Origin: Alphaproteobacteria bacterium
Lineage (GTDB): Bacteria; Pseudomonadota; Alphaproteobacteria; UBA2966
DNA: 64,000 nucleotides
NCBI GenBank assembly: GCA_964291395.2
Contig: OZ219857.1
Location: 132,218 to 196,217, forward strand
Reading direction: 5' to 3'
The notes below the pieces were generated by a model. That model saw only the letters and a list, made by a program, of their open reading frames with translations, did not search any database and was not told the origin of the DNA. The translations under genes and the position numbers were made by a program. Below are positions 44,429-54,839 of the stretch, piece by piece (the first letter of the stretch is position 1; each line of letters opens with the position of its first letter).

Positions 44429-44815
44429 TTAATTCGGTGCGATCGTAAACCTGATCTCCGTCATTCCGCCGACAGTCTCAAGGCGATAGCGCAACACCTC
44501 CCCTGATCGCACGAACTGGGCGGCCCCCTTCCGATGCCATCCAAGTTCGGGCAAGGTCGACTCGTAGTACGCAACGACCGCGCCGTGAAGCACGGTACCC
44601 GCGGCCACGACCTCGACGATACGTCCTTCGGGTTTGTCGAACACCATACCTTCATCTACGATCTCGAGAAGCCCGGACATGAGGGGCAAGTCCTCCACCG
44701 TCGAGAAAAAGGCCGCTTGGGCAAGGGGCCGACTCATAGTCCCGCCAGCCATGAACATGCCCAGCGCCAGGCCAACCAGCCAGCCCCTCAAGCACCTCTT
44801 AGTGACCTTTCTCAC
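44429..44815 (-). CDS. Putative exported hypothetical protein (start uncertain)
   Basis: Signal-peptide-like N-terminus, [25 protein letters not shown]; fills the gap between mutM and the crotonase gene. Confidence 0.65.
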   Translation of the reverse strand: MRKVTKRCLRGWLVGLALGMFMAGGTMSRPLAQAAFFSTVEDLPLMSGLLEIVDEGMVFDKPEGRIVEVVAAGTVLHGAVVAYYESTLPELGWHRKGAAQFVRSGEVLRYRLETVGGMTEIRFTIAPN

Positions 44816-44835
44816 CTGAATGAGCACCTTGTGCG

Positions 44836-45663
44836 CTAACGCTGCAGCGTCGGACAATAGAACGTCGAGCGGCCCGATTGCACGAGCCGCCTGACCCCCG
44901 ATTCGCAATCACAATTCGGACAGGGCTCGCCTTCACGGCCATAGACCGCCCAGTGATGCTGGAAATATCCGAGCTCACCCGACGTCTGCGCATAGTCTCG
45001 CAGACTGGAGCCTCCGGCCGAAATCGCCTTTTCGAGAACGGACTTCACCGCCAGTGCCAAGCGCTCGGCACGACGGCCCGAAACCGAGGTTGCCAATCGA
45101 CGTGGAGATATTCGCGCGTGATACAGGGCTTCGCACGCATAGATGTTGCCCACCCCCGCCACCACACTCTGATTCAAGAGAGCCCCTTTGATCGGCATAC
45201 GGCGTCCTTTCAACACGCGGCTCAGGTAAGCGCCATCAAAGCCCGTAGACAGGGGCTCCAGACCTAATCCCGCGAGGAGAGGGTGTGCATCCAGCTCGGA
45301 CTCCCTTGCCAACGTCATCAGACCGAATCGGCGCACGTCGTGCATCACGACATGGGTTCCGTCGTCTGTGCCGATCAACACGTGATCGTGCGGGCCCAAA
45401 TCTGGCGGCACCTCCGAAATCAAGAGGCGGCCGGACATTCCGAGGTGGCAGATCAGAACGGATCCGTCATCCAGGTGCATCAGGATGTACTTGGCTCGCC
45501 GGTCGATGGAGCGAACATTCCTTCCCGTCAATCTCGGCACGAAATCATTCGGAAACGGGATACGCAGGTCAGGGCGCCGAACCTCCACGCGGTCGATTCG
45601 CTTGTCCACGAGTTTGGCGCGGAGGCCCCGGCAAACGGTTTCAACTTCGGGAAGCTCGGGCAT
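44836..45663 (-). CDS. mutM: Formamidopyrimidine-DNA glycosylase
   Basis: MPELPEVET, HLGMSG, GVGNIY, C-terminal zinc finger. Confidence 0.97.
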   Translation of the reverse strand: MPELPEVETVCRGLRAKLVDKRIDRVEVRRPDLRIPFPNDFVPRLTGRNVRSIDRRAKYILMHLDDGSVLICHLGMSGRLLISEVPPDLGPHDHVLIGTDDGTHVVMHDVRRFGLMTLARESELDAHPLLAGLGLEPLSTGFDGAYLSRVLKGRRMPIKGALLNQSVVAGVGNIYACEALYHARISPRRLATSVSGRRAERLALAVKSVLEKAISAGGSSLRDYAQTSGELGYFQHHWAVYGREGEPCPNCDCESGVRRLVQSGRSTFYCPTLQR

Positions 45664-45729
45664 TCGGATTCACTGCGGCACTCAGGAACGGAGACTGGCG
45701 CAAAGTAGCCTGGTAGAGGGGGCTGCGCT

Positions 45730-46521
45730 ATGGTCGCCTGGATGACTCCCAGAGTGGTTGAAAATCCTGCGGATTTCGGGTTTCGAACCGTGAGAATGGC
45801 GGACAAGCCACGCCTGGTTCAGGCCATATTCGACGATGTCGCGACCCGCTACGATCTCATGAATGATCTGATGAGCGCGGGAATTCATCGCCTCTGGAAA
45901 TCGGCGATGATTGATTGGCTCGCACCCCGGGCACCGGCTCGGTTCCTCGACGTGGCCGGCGGAACCGGTGACGTGGCGTTCAGGATCCTCAATCGCCTGT
46001 CTGCGACCGGTCCGAATGCGACGGACGACGTTACGATCACCCTTCTGGATGCGAGCGAGGCCATGCTAGAGACGGGCAGGGATCGGGCGATTGACGCCGG
46101 GATTCTGCAGGGCCTCCACTGGGTTCGCGGTGATGCGGAGAATCTTCCCGTCGAAGACGTGAGTATCGATTACTACACCATCGCCTTCGGAATCAGGAAC
46201 GTCGCGAGGGTCGAGCGGGCCCTGGAAGAGGCATACAGGGTCCTCAAACCGGGGGGGCGGTTCCTGTGCCTCGAATTCAGCCAAGTGCTTCTACCGGTGC
46301 TCGGCGCTGTCTACGACGCCTATTCATTCCGGGTTCTGCCTGCGCTGGGAGAAATCGTCACCGGTAACCGTGAGGCATATCAATATCTGGCCGAGAGCAT
46401 TCGCCGCTTCCCCGACCAGCGGAAATTCGCCGCGATGATCGGTGACACGGGCCTAGCCCAGATCAAGGTCCGCAATCTCTCCGGGGGAATTGCAGCGCTT
46501 CACTCCGCGTGGCGCATCTGA
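45730..46521 (+). CDS. ubiE: Ubiquinone/menaquinone C-methyltransferase
   Basis: YDLMNDLMSAGIHRLWK, LDVAGGTGD, YQYLAESIRRFP. Confidence 0.95.
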   Translation: MVAWMTPRVVENPADFGFRTVRMADKPRLVQAIFDDVATRYDLMNDLMSAGIHRLWKSAMIDWLAPRAPARFLDVAGGTGDVAFRILNRLSATGPNATDDVTITLLDASEAMLETGRDRAIDAGILQGLHWVRGDAENLPVEDVSIDYYTIAFGIRNVARVERALEEAYRVLKPGGRFLCLEFSQVLLPVLGAVYDAYSFRVLPALGEIVTGNREAYQYLAESIRRFPDQRKFAAMIGDTGLAQIKVRNLSGGIAALHSAWRI

Positions 46522-46533
46522 GGTGATGTCAGC

Positions 46534-48084
46534 GTGATTCGCGCTGTCCGCAATCTGTTCCGGGTCGTGCGCATTGCAAAGACTCTCTCGCGTCACCACG
46601 CCCTGTTCCCTCTCGAAACCCTGCATCTGCCGGCGACAGCCATACAGGTCATCGGCTTTCTGGCGGGACGACCCGCGTCGGCGCCCGACCTTCGTCCTGG
46701 TCAGCGCTTGACAGCGGCCCTGCAGGAACTTGGCCCGAGCTTCGTAAAGTTTGGCCAGTCATTGTCAACGCGAGCTGATCTCGTCGGCGAGGACATCGCT
46801 GCCGACCTCGCGGAACTGCAGGACCATTTGCCACCCTTCCCCACGCCAGAAGCAAGGCAGATCATCGAATCGGAATTCGGTCAGCCGCTCGATGAATTGT
46901 TTTCAGAGTTTGGCGAGGAAGCCGTTGCGGCGGCGTCCATCGCGCAGGTCCACTACGCCGTGACCACGGAAGGCCGCCACGTCGCCGTCAAGGTGCTCCG
47001 ACCCGGCGTAGAGCAGGCGTTTCAGCGGGATCTCGATCTGTTCTACTGGCTCGCCGAGAACATCGAACGCCTGCAGCCGGCTCTCCGTCGGCTGCGGCCG
47101 GTCGACATCGTTCGAACGTTCAACGAATCGGTCGATCTTGAAATGGATCTGAGGCTGGAAGCAGCGGCGGCATCCGAACTCCGCGAACACTTCGAGGATG
47201 AGCCGACGTACCGCGTCCCGGAGATCGACTGGCAGCGAACCCAACGGCAGGTACTGACCGCCGAACGAATCCACGGCGTGTCGATAGATGATCGCGAAGC
47301 GCTGCTGGACGGCGGACACGACCTTGAAGACATCGCCGGCAGGACATTGATCGTCTTCCTAAAGCAAGTATTCCGGGACGGCTTCTTTCACGCGGACATG
47401 CATGCCGGCAACCTTTTCGTGGACGAGGACGGAAATATCATCGCCGTCGACTTCGGCATCATGGGCCGCCTCGATCGCGAGACGCGACGGTTCGTTGCCG
47501 AACTGCTGCTTGCCTTTCTCGTCGGCGATTACCGTCGTGCTGCGGAGGTGCATTTCGAGGCGGGATACGTGCCGCGCACCAAGTCCGTCGAAGCGTTCGC
47601 CCAAGCCTGTCGATCGATCGGCGAGCCGATACTGGACAAGCCCGTCAAGGAGATCTCGGTGGCCCGCCTGTTGGCACAACTGTTCCGGATAACCGAGACC
47701 TTCGCTATGCCAACGCAGCCTCAGCTCCTGTTGCTGCAGAAGACCATGATGATGGTCGAAGGTGCCTGCCGCCGGTTGGCACCGGAAGCCAATTTGTGGG
47801 AGCTTTCAAAACCCTTCCTCGATGAGTGGGTGCATGACAATCTCAGCGCCGAAACGCGCGTGCGAGATACCCTTGAGGAGGCGGCAGCGACCGTCCGCAG
47901 GATTCCCGACATGCTGGAGAAAGCCCAAATTGCCGCCGACGTCCTCTCACCGGAGGGAGTCCGCCTGCATCCCGACTCCGAGAGAGCGATAGGTTCCAAA
48001 TTCGGCGGCCACCGGAATTTCTTACAGTTTGTGTTGATTTTCGCGCTCGTTGTCTTCACGCTGGTTATACTGTTCAAACTCTAA
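46534..48084 (+). CDS. ubiB: Ubiquinone biosynthesis kinase-like protein UbiB
   Basis: LGPSFVKFGQ, AAASIAQVH, FFHADMHAGN, VDFGIMG. Confidence 0.95.
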   Translation: MIRAVRNLFRVVRIAKTLSRHHALFPLETLHLPATAIQVIGFLAGRPASAPDLRPGQRLTAALQELGPSFVKFGQSLSTRADLVGEDIAADLAELQDHLPPFPTPEARQIIESEFGQPLDELFSEFGEEAVAAASIAQVHYAVTTEGRHVAVKVLRPGVEQAFQRDLDLFYWLAENIERLQPALRRLRPVDIVRTFNESVDLEMDLRLEAAAASELREHFEDEPTYRVPEIDWQRTQRQVLTAERIHGVSIDDREALLDGGHDLEDIAGRTLIVFLKQVFRDGFFHADMHAGNLFVDEDGNIIAVDFGIMGRLDRETRRFVAELLLAFLVGDYRRAAEVHFEAGYVPRTKSVEAFAQACRSIGEPILDKPVKEISVARLLAQLFRITETFAMPTQPQLLLLQKTMMMVEGACRRLAPEANLWELSKPFLDEWVHDNLSAETRVRDTLEEAAATVRRIPDMLEKAQIAADVLSPEGVRLHPDSERAIGSKFGGHRNFLQFVLIFALVVFTLVILFKL

Positions 48085-48204
48085 CTATAGAGTTGTAAAC
48101 AATTTTCTTCCTGCAGCCTCATCCGTCGACGGATGCGCCTCTAAACTCGAGTGGCACCGAGACCGAAGACTGGGCGACATCGTTGATCCGATAAGAGCGG
48201 AAAC

Positions 48205-49425
48205 ATGCTCGAAGAGAGACGCATCTTGCTCATCATTTCGGGCGGCATCGCTGCCTACAAATCGCTCGAGTTCATCCGTCTCCTCAAGGACCGCGGATGT
48301 CAAGTTCGGTGTATCCTCACGAAGGGTGGGACACAATTCGTCACGCCACTCTCGGTGGCCGCGCTTTCCGGCGAAAAGGCCTACACGGACCTGTTCTCGC
48401 TCACCGACGAGGCGGAGATGGGCCACATCCGTCTATCACGCGAAGCGGATCTCGTCGTCGTCGCACCGGCGTCAGCCGATATCCTCGCAAAAATGGCGGG
48501 CGGACTGGCCACCGACCTCGCGACGACGGCCCTGCTCGCGACGGACAAGGCGGTGATGGTCGCGCCCGCGATGAACGTTGAAATGTGGGCGCACCCTGCG
48601 ACCCGACGAAACATCACAACCTTGCAATCCGATGGGATCCGAATAATCGGACCCGCGGAGGGGGATCTCGCCTGCGGTGAAACCGGGCCCGGGCGTATGG
48701 TCGAAGCCGAGGAGTTGGTTCGAGCCGTGGAACGTCACTTCGCGCAAGGCGGGCCGGGCGTCCTTGCGGGGCGCCGGGTTTTGGTGACCTCGGGCCCGAC
48801 TCGCGAAGCGATCGACCCTGTGCGCTACATCTCCAATTTCTCGTCGGGGAAACAGGGACACGCGATCGCAGGCGCGTTGGCAAGCCTGGGAGCGGAGACG
48901 ACCCTGGTATCCGGACCGACTCATGAGCCGGACCCTACGGGCGTCACGACGTTTCACGTGGAAACCGCGATGGACATGATGGCTGCCTGCGACGACACAC
49001 TGCCGGTTGACGTGGCGGTCTGCGCCGCCGCCGTATCAGACTGGCGGGTCACCACGAGACGCAACCAAAAGATCAAGAAGGACGGCCAATCAGCGCCGGC
49101 CCTCGAACTGACCGAAAATCCCGACATCCTGGCCGCACTTGCCCGACATTCGCGTCACCGTCCGAGCCTCGTCGTGGGCTTCGCGGCCGAAACGGAAAAC
49201 CTGATCGACAACGCGAGCGCGAAACGACGCAGGAAGGGTTGCGACTGGATCATCGCCAACGATGTTTCAGCGGAGGCCGAGACTTTCGGCGCGTCGGAGA
49301 ATACCGTCCATCTGATTACCGAGCGTGGCGCCGAGGCATGGCCGAAGCTCAGCAAGCTCGACGTCGCCAGGCGTCTGGGGAAGGCCATCGCCGAATATCT
49401 GGCAGGAGAAAGGCCGGTGGCGTGA
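48205..49425 (+). CDS. coaBC: Phosphopantothenoylcysteine decarboxylase/ligase
   Basis: [42 protein letters not shown]. Confidence 0.97.
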   Translation: MLEERRILLIISGGIAAYKSLEFIRLLKDRGCQVRCILTKGGTQFVTPLSVAALSGEKAYTDLFSLTDEAEMGHIRLSREADLVVVAPASADILAKMAGGLATDLATTALLATDKAVMVAPAMNVEMWAHPATRRNITTLQSDGIRIIGPAEGDLACGETGPGRMVEAEELVRAVERHFAQGGPGVLAGRRVLVTSGPTREAIDPVRYISNFSSGKQGHAIAGALASLGAETTLVSGPTHEPDPTGVTTFHVETAMDMMAACDDTLPVDVAVCAAAVSDWRVTTRRNQKIKKDGQSAPALELTENPDILAALARHSRHRPSLVVGFAAETENLIDNASAKRRRKGCDWIIANDVSAEAETFGASENTVHLITERGAEAWPKLSKLDVARRLGKAIAEYLAGERPVA

Positions 49426-49880
49426 ACGCCGTCACCGTCCCGATCCGCCGGCTTCCCCATGCCAAAGACCTCAACCTCCCAAAATACGCGACCGAAGGCG
49501 CCGCCGGGCTCGATTTGTCCGCGGCCTTGGAGTCTGACCTTGTCTTGGCACCAGGTCGGCGCTTCCTCGTTCCCACGGGCGTCAGCATCGCCCTTCCGCC
49601 GGGTCTCGAAGCTCAGATCCGCCCGAGGTCGGGCCTCGCGCTCGATCACGGTCTTACGCTCCTGAACAGCCCCGGCACGATCGACTCGGACTATCGCGGT
49701 GAAATCGGGATCATTCTCGCCAACTTGGGCAGCGAACCGGTAACCATTCAACGCGGGGATCGAATCGCTCAGCTCGTCATCGCACGTTATCTGACCATAG
49801 AATGGCAAGAGGTGGACAACCTTGCCGACAGCCACCGGGGTGACGGAGGATTCGGCTCGACGGGTCCGTCGGGTCCTTGA
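49422..49880 (+). CDS. dut: dUTP pyrophosphatase
   Basis: [35 protein letters not shown]; GTGA overlap with coaBC. Confidence 0.96.
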   Translation: MNAVTVPIRRLPHAKDLNLPKYATEGAAGLDLSAALESDLVLAPGRRFLVPTGVSIALPPGLEAQIRPRSGLALDHGLTLLNSPGTIDSDYRGEIGIILANLGSEPVTIQRGDRIAQLVIARYLTIEWQEVDNLADSHRGDGGFGSTGPSGP

Positions 49881-50030
49881 GATCGCCATTGCGGGACACG
49901 ACGTGCCTGAGACGCCATCGGCCGGTTGCCTGGCCCGCGTCACTTCTCGCAATATGGTCGACGGTTGTCCAACGCGTGGATGATCACAACCGTGACTGAA
50001 GAGAATTCCTGCGTGCTTGCGAACACCGGG

Positions 50031-50825
50031 ATGGAATTCACCGAAGAACAGATCGAACGTTACGCCCGCCACATCGTGCTTCGGGAAGTGGGAGGCATGG
50101 GACAAGCGAAGCTCCTGAACGCGCGCGTCTTGGTCATCGGCGCCGGCGGTCTGGGCTCTCCCTTGCTGATGTATCTCGCGGCCGCCGGTGTTGGAACGAT
50201 CGGCGTGGTCGACGACGATACGGTCAGCCTGTCCAACTTGCAAAGGCAGATCGCCCATTCGACGGGACGAATCGGTATTCCAAAAACGGCCAGCGCCAAA
50301 GAGACCATTGCCGCGTTGAATCCCGACGTGAACGTCGTGCCTTATGAGACCCGGGCGACTGTCGACAACGTTCTCGATCTTGTCACCGACTACGACGTCA
50401 TCGCCGACGGCAGCGACAATTTCGACACGCGGTTCCTGGTCAACGACGCCTGTATGTTCGCCCGTAAGACGCTGGTATCGGCATCATTGCTCCGATTTGA
50501 CGCGCAGCTCTCCACGTTCAAGGCCCATCAGGGCGATGGTCATCCGTGTTATCGCTGCATCTTCCGTGAACCACCGCCTCCGGGCCTCATCCCCAGTTGC
50601 GCGGAGGGAGGCGTGCTCGGGGCGCTCGCCGGGGCCATGGGTTCGCTCCAGGCAACGGAAGTCGTCAAGGAGCTATTGGGAACGGGAGAGTCCCTGTCAG
50701 GCTGGCTGGTCATTTACGACGCACTTGGAACCAACTGGCGCAAGGTGAAGGTCAAACCCGACCCCGACTGCCCGCTCTGTGGCGACTCGCCGACGATCCA
50801 CGATCTCTCGGGTCATGTCCGATAA
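50031..50825 (+). CDS. moeB: MoeB/ThiF-family adenylyltransferase (no rhodanese domain)
   Basis: RYARH, GAGGLG, SNLQRQ, CYRC, SCAEGG, CPLC. Confidence 0.88.
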   Translation: MEFTEEQIERYARHIVLREVGGMGQAKLLNARVLVIGAGGLGSPLLMYLAAAGVGTIGVVDDDTVSLSNLQRQIAHSTGRIGIPKTASAKETIAALNPDVNVVPYETRATVDNVLDLVTDYDVIADGSDNFDTRFLVNDACMFARKTLVSASLLRFDAQLSTFKAHQGDGHPCYRCIFREPPPPGLIPSCAEGGVLGALAGAMGSLQATEVVKELLGTGESLSGWLVIYDALGTNWRKVKVKPDPDCPLCGDSPTIHDLSGHVR

Positions 50826-51285
50826 GATCCGATCTAGTCTGAACCCGCCGGCGTCGGAACCCGCCGGCCGGCCCCAGAGATTGTCGGTCGTGGTGTATTC
50901 GGAAGCAGTCGACAAGGTTCACTACGCCCTTGCCATGGCGAGCGCGGCGGTCGCCATCGACATCCCGGTGAACCTTTTCTTTACCATGGGAGCGGTACAC
51001 GCCCTTGTCGGCGAACCGGGAACGCCCGGTTGGGCGACCATGACCGCTGGAGATGGGCGTAGCGGCGCCGAACTCGACGACGATTATCGCGGTCGTGGCG
51101 TCGCCACCTTCGAAGAACTCATCGAGGCATGTTCAGTCCTCGGTGTCCGCCTCATGGTGTGTGAAATGGGTCTCCGAGCGATGGGGTTGACGCGCGAAGA
51201 TCTTCGTGACGACCTGAATATCGCCGAGGGAGGTCTGGTGACGTTCTTCTCCGATGCTGGAGACAGCCCGATTACCTTTCTATAG
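50815..51285 (+). CDS. DsrE/DsrF-like (peroxiredoxin-fold) protein
   Basis: LFFT, ELIEAC..LGV..MVCEMG; overlaps the moeB stop. Confidence 0.78.
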   Translation: MSDKIRSSLNPPASEPAGRPQRLSVVVYSEAVDKVHYALAMASAAVAIDIPVNLFFTMGAVHALVGEPGTPGWATMTAGDGRSGAELDDDYRGRGVATFEELIEACSVLGVRLMVCEMGLRAMGLTREDLRDDLNIAEGGLVTFFSDAGDSPITFL

Positions 51286-51302
51286 GGCCGTTGTCGGCTA
51301 CG

Positions 51303-52292
51303 TTAGTCAAACTCGCCCGGTATGACCCGATTGGGAGGTGCGTGACCATCGACAAATGTCTTGATGTTGATGATCACGAGTTCGCCCATCTCCATTCGTC
51401 CCTCGATGGTCGCGGACGCCATGTGCGGCAACAAGACCACGTTGTCGAGTTCGAGAAGCTTGGGATTGACGGCGGGCTCGTGTTCGAAAACATCTAGCCC
51501 GGCGCCGGCGATCTGGCCCGAGCGGAGGGCCCGCGTCAGCGCGTCTTCGTTGATGACCTCGCCACGCGACGTGTTGACGATGTAGGCGCGCGGCTGCATG
51601 AGCTTGAGCCGCCGCTCAGACACGAGGTGGAACGTCGCCGGCGTGTGAGGACAGTTCACGGAGACGATGTCCATCCGGGCAAGCATCTGATCCAGACTTT
51701 CCCAGTAGGTCGCCTCCAATTCGTTCTCAATGTCTTCGTGCAGACGATTCCGATTGTGATAGTGGATCGACAGTCCAAACCCCCGGGCCCGACGGGCAAC
51801 CGCCTGACCTATTCGGCCCATGCCCACGATACCCAGCCGTTTGCCCCATATCCTGTGGCCCAGCATCCAGGTCGGGGACCAACCCTTCCAGTCACCGTGT
51901 CGGACGGCGCGCTCGCCTTCCGCCAGCCGCCGCGGGACTGCGAGAATCAGTGCCATCGCCATATCGGCGGTATCTTCGGTGAGAACACCCGGCGTATTGG
52001 TAACCGTGATGCCGCGTTGCTCCGCCGCACGCAGATCGACATTGTCAACACCGGTCGAGAAGCTTGCGATCAATCGCAATTTCTCACCCGATTGGTTGAG
52101 AACGTTGGCGTCCAGCCTATCCGTGACCGTGGGCACCAAGATGTCGGCCCGACCCACGGCGTCGATAAGCTCCTCGCGACTGAAGGGATGGTCATCCAGA
52201 TTGAGATCAACCTCGAACAACTCCATCATCCGCGTTTCGATCGCGTCGGGGAGTTTTCGCGTGACGACGACGGTCGGGCTGTTTTGGACCAT
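51303..52292 (-). CDS. D-glycerate dehydrogenase / 2-hydroxyacid dehydrogenase
   Basis: TNTPGVLTEDTAD, GMGRIG, VNTSRG, LDVFEHEP, LPHMASAT. Confidence 0.92.
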   Translation of the reverse strand: MVQNSPTVVVTRKLPDAIETRMMELFEVDLNLDDHPFSREELIDAVGRADILVPTVTDRLDANVLNQSGEKLRLIASFSTGVDNVDLRAAEQRGITVTNTPGVLTEDTADMAMALILAVPRRLAEGERAVRHGDWKGWSPTWMLGHRIWGKRLGIVGMGRIGQAVARRARGFGLSIHYHNRNRLHEDIENELEATYWESLDQMLARMDIVSVNCPHTPATFHLVSERRLKLMQPRAYIVNTSRGEVINEDALTRALRSGQIAGAGLDVFEHEPAVNPKLLELDNVVLLPHMASATIEGRMEMGELVIINIKTFVDGHAPPNRVIPGEFD

Positions 52293-52440
52293 GAAGGACG
52301 CGGTGGAGCGGACACAGAGGCCTTTCGGAGAACTCTCTTCTCTCTAGCAAATGTGTCGAGGTCACACAATCAAGGGTGACGAAGCTTCGTGACACACATC
52401 GAGAAGTCTCTGTGACTGATCCTGGTCAGAGCGAGCTTGG

Positions 52441-52705
52441 CTACTCCGGTCGTGCGAAGGCGACGAGTACGGCGTCCGATCCGATGCCCCCCGAAACATG
52501 ATAAGCGACGCCCCGTAGGGACAGTTGTTACTGCACTCGACGTCGACCTCCGGATCGTTACCCACATTCACGCACACCTGGTTCGTGTCGGCGTCTTCCG
52601 ATGTCCGCACGTACGGGAGCCCGCGCTCGGCTCCTGGGCGGCCGCGAAGAAGGGGGACACGAGAGCGGAAGCCACGAAGGCGGTGGCCGCGACGAATCGT
52701 TTCAT
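52441..52705 (-). pseudogene. Small secreted protein, frameshifted
   Basis: Signal peptide MKRFVAATAFVASALVSPFFAAA; continues in other frames across a CCC and a GGGGG run. Confidence 0.4.
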
Positions 52706-52800
52706 GGAGGAGTATCCTATTGGGAACCGGGTTCCGGTTCCGGGACGTGACCTAGCAGGGAGGCTCTCAGGACGCCCGGCCCGGCCGTCGCCGTTCTGAC

Positions 52801-54545
52801 CAAACATCAAATCGACAGGAGTGAAAGTGCCGTTTTCTTCACCTGAGCCTTCTTCGAGAATCATCCGGGCGTGTCCTGCCTGCACACCATTCAAACCGTA
52901 CGCTATCGGGAGGCCGCCGACTCGGCCTCGAAACGTCCGGCAAGCAGGTATCGATAAAGCTTCAGGGCGAGCTGCTCTTCGTGCTCCTCCAGCCAGCGCC
53001 CGGCGGCCGGAGTCAGCACCATCGTCTCGCAGGGTTCGTCAGCGGTCACGGAGGGCGCTTTCTCGTCCGAAGGATGGACCGGCCAGATCGCATCGCCGGG
53101 TTCGTACTGGCGGAAACGCGTGCCCGCTGCCCCATGGGCGGAAGCTCGGACGCGAATTCCCGGAGTGAAGCCGTCACACGAATGACCTATTGAGAGATCA
53201 CGGCTAGTGCTGATTCAGAAGTTTCTATTCAACTTTGTCGTGGACGTTTAGGGTTCGCCGACAGAAGCGGTCTCGGCGGACTTGGTCCAGCGGAAGGGTC
53301 GGGGCCGATGTATTGGTCGATGGCGGCTTCGAGTTCGGCGGCCGCGTTCGGTCAAGAGAGAAGGGACCGGTTGATCATGACGCCGAGTCGGCGGAAGCCT
53401 GTGCCAGCGCGGCCGAAGGAATCGCTTGGTCTTGCGGCTCGGGACGCATTGTCCTTTTGGCGATGGATGTCGAGGTCAGCGGGGCCACTTCGTCGAGGAA
53501 GCGGAACTCCCGCGCCCGTGCCGCTTCATGAGGTCCCGTATGACCGTATTGGGAAGCTCGGCAGATCGGGTGTGCCGCAAAGAGCGCGCGCTTCGGGAGG
53601 CCCACGACGCAGGATGGATCGTCGGACGCCCGGCCCGGGCCATCGCCGTTCGCGTCCTGCGGAAGTCTCCAGTCCAAACACAGGAATCGACAGGAGTGAG
53701 AGCCGCCGTTCGATGGCCCGTGGCCACGGCCGCCTGCCGACGGTCAGCCATGGTGCACCGCAATCTGGGGCCTTCTTCGAGACAATGCAGTGCCCGCCGC
53801 GCCGCGCCATCATTCGAAGCTGTCAAGCTGTCGCGATCCGCTGCTCTGCACACCATTCAAACCGAAAATCTCGAGCGAATCACGCTAGGCAAGCGCTTGT
53901 GCTTTGCGTCGACGTAGGGTTCGCCGCCGGTCAGATGGAGGCGCGACCGGGAAGGGTCGGCTGCCATGCGGTCCGGCTCAAGTCAGCGGTACGGCGATAA
54001 AGCTTCGACTACAAGCGCTACGCCTGGTTGATCCATGACGCGAGAACCTGTGGCTCGACGCGTTGTCCATGATGAGATCTTCGTGCTCCTCGACTCCCGC
54101 GCCCGTGCCGCTTCAGCCGATGCTGCATCGAAGCGGCGGGCGGGAGTTCCTTGTAGTCGTGGGTACGCCGTTCCTTGACATGTGGCAGCATCGGTTGTGT
54201 GAACCAGCGCCGCAGGCTCTTCTCGTCAAAGCACAAGCGCGCGCACGGCCGCAGGCCGGAGAGGCACCTTGTCGACGAACACGGATCGCCGCAGCTTTCG
54301 AAGGCGCCGACCAGGACATGGATCGAACCGGCCGATCTTCTCGCGTCGGGTTCGTACTCGACAACAGCGGATCAAGCGCGTGCCCGCTCAAACGCCCTCG
54401 AAGCCGCCATGGGCGGAACGCTAATCGCCGGCTTAGCCTCCGAATTCCCCTGGAGTCCGCCGCCGTCCACATCGAATGACCTGCCGTCGCCGCCTCCTAA
54501 ACGTCCGACGACAAAGTTGAATAGAAACTTCTCACAGGACACTAG
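52801..54545. mobile_element. Degraded, internally duplicated IS630-family remnants
   Basis: Minus-strand fragments ERRTHDYK, KRHG, AREF.RFLDEV, MDNASSH, ASWINQ, ELEAAIDQYI, PFRWTKSA, RFCRRTL; ends flanked by CTAG. Confidence 0.8.
53204..54545. repeat. About 50-bp inverted repeat (53204-53252 / 54496-54545) formed by two IS630 3' ends
   Basis: Perfect 25-bp core AGAAGTTTCTATTCAACTTTGTCGT (53217-53241) versus its reverse complement at 54508-54532; both arms end in CTAGTG. Confidence 0.9.
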
Positions 54546-54552
54546 GCAGAGA

Positions 54553-54839
54553 TTATCGCGGTAGCCGGGGAGAGCACACGCCGCACATCTTCCAGCCGCC
54601 AGCAGAAGACCTGAGCCTGTCCACATGTTCGATGAGTTGACCAAGATCGCTGCATACGCGCTTCTCATAAACGGTCTGCGGCCCTCGTCAGCGGTTTGGC
54701 GAAGATGAACGCATGAAGCATGATGGAGGATGTTGTCGCCGCTGCTACGGCCTCCGAAATGATTGAATACGAAGCCGCTCGGATTCTCTGAAAGCCATCT
54801 CTCGTCCCCAATCTCGTCTTTGCTAAACGTTATGATCAT
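54553..54839 (-). pseudogene. Small putative Zn-binding hypothetical protein with a 1-nt frameshift near 54675
   Basis: WLSENPSGFVFN..LHHASC joins, after one added base, YEKRVCSD...CGVCSP. Confidence 0.55.

Noticed and set aside
53308-54000. 230-aa plus-strand ORF inside the inverted repeats as a cargo gene
   Set aside because: Low-complexity Arg/Pro-rich translation lying antisense to IS630 fragments.
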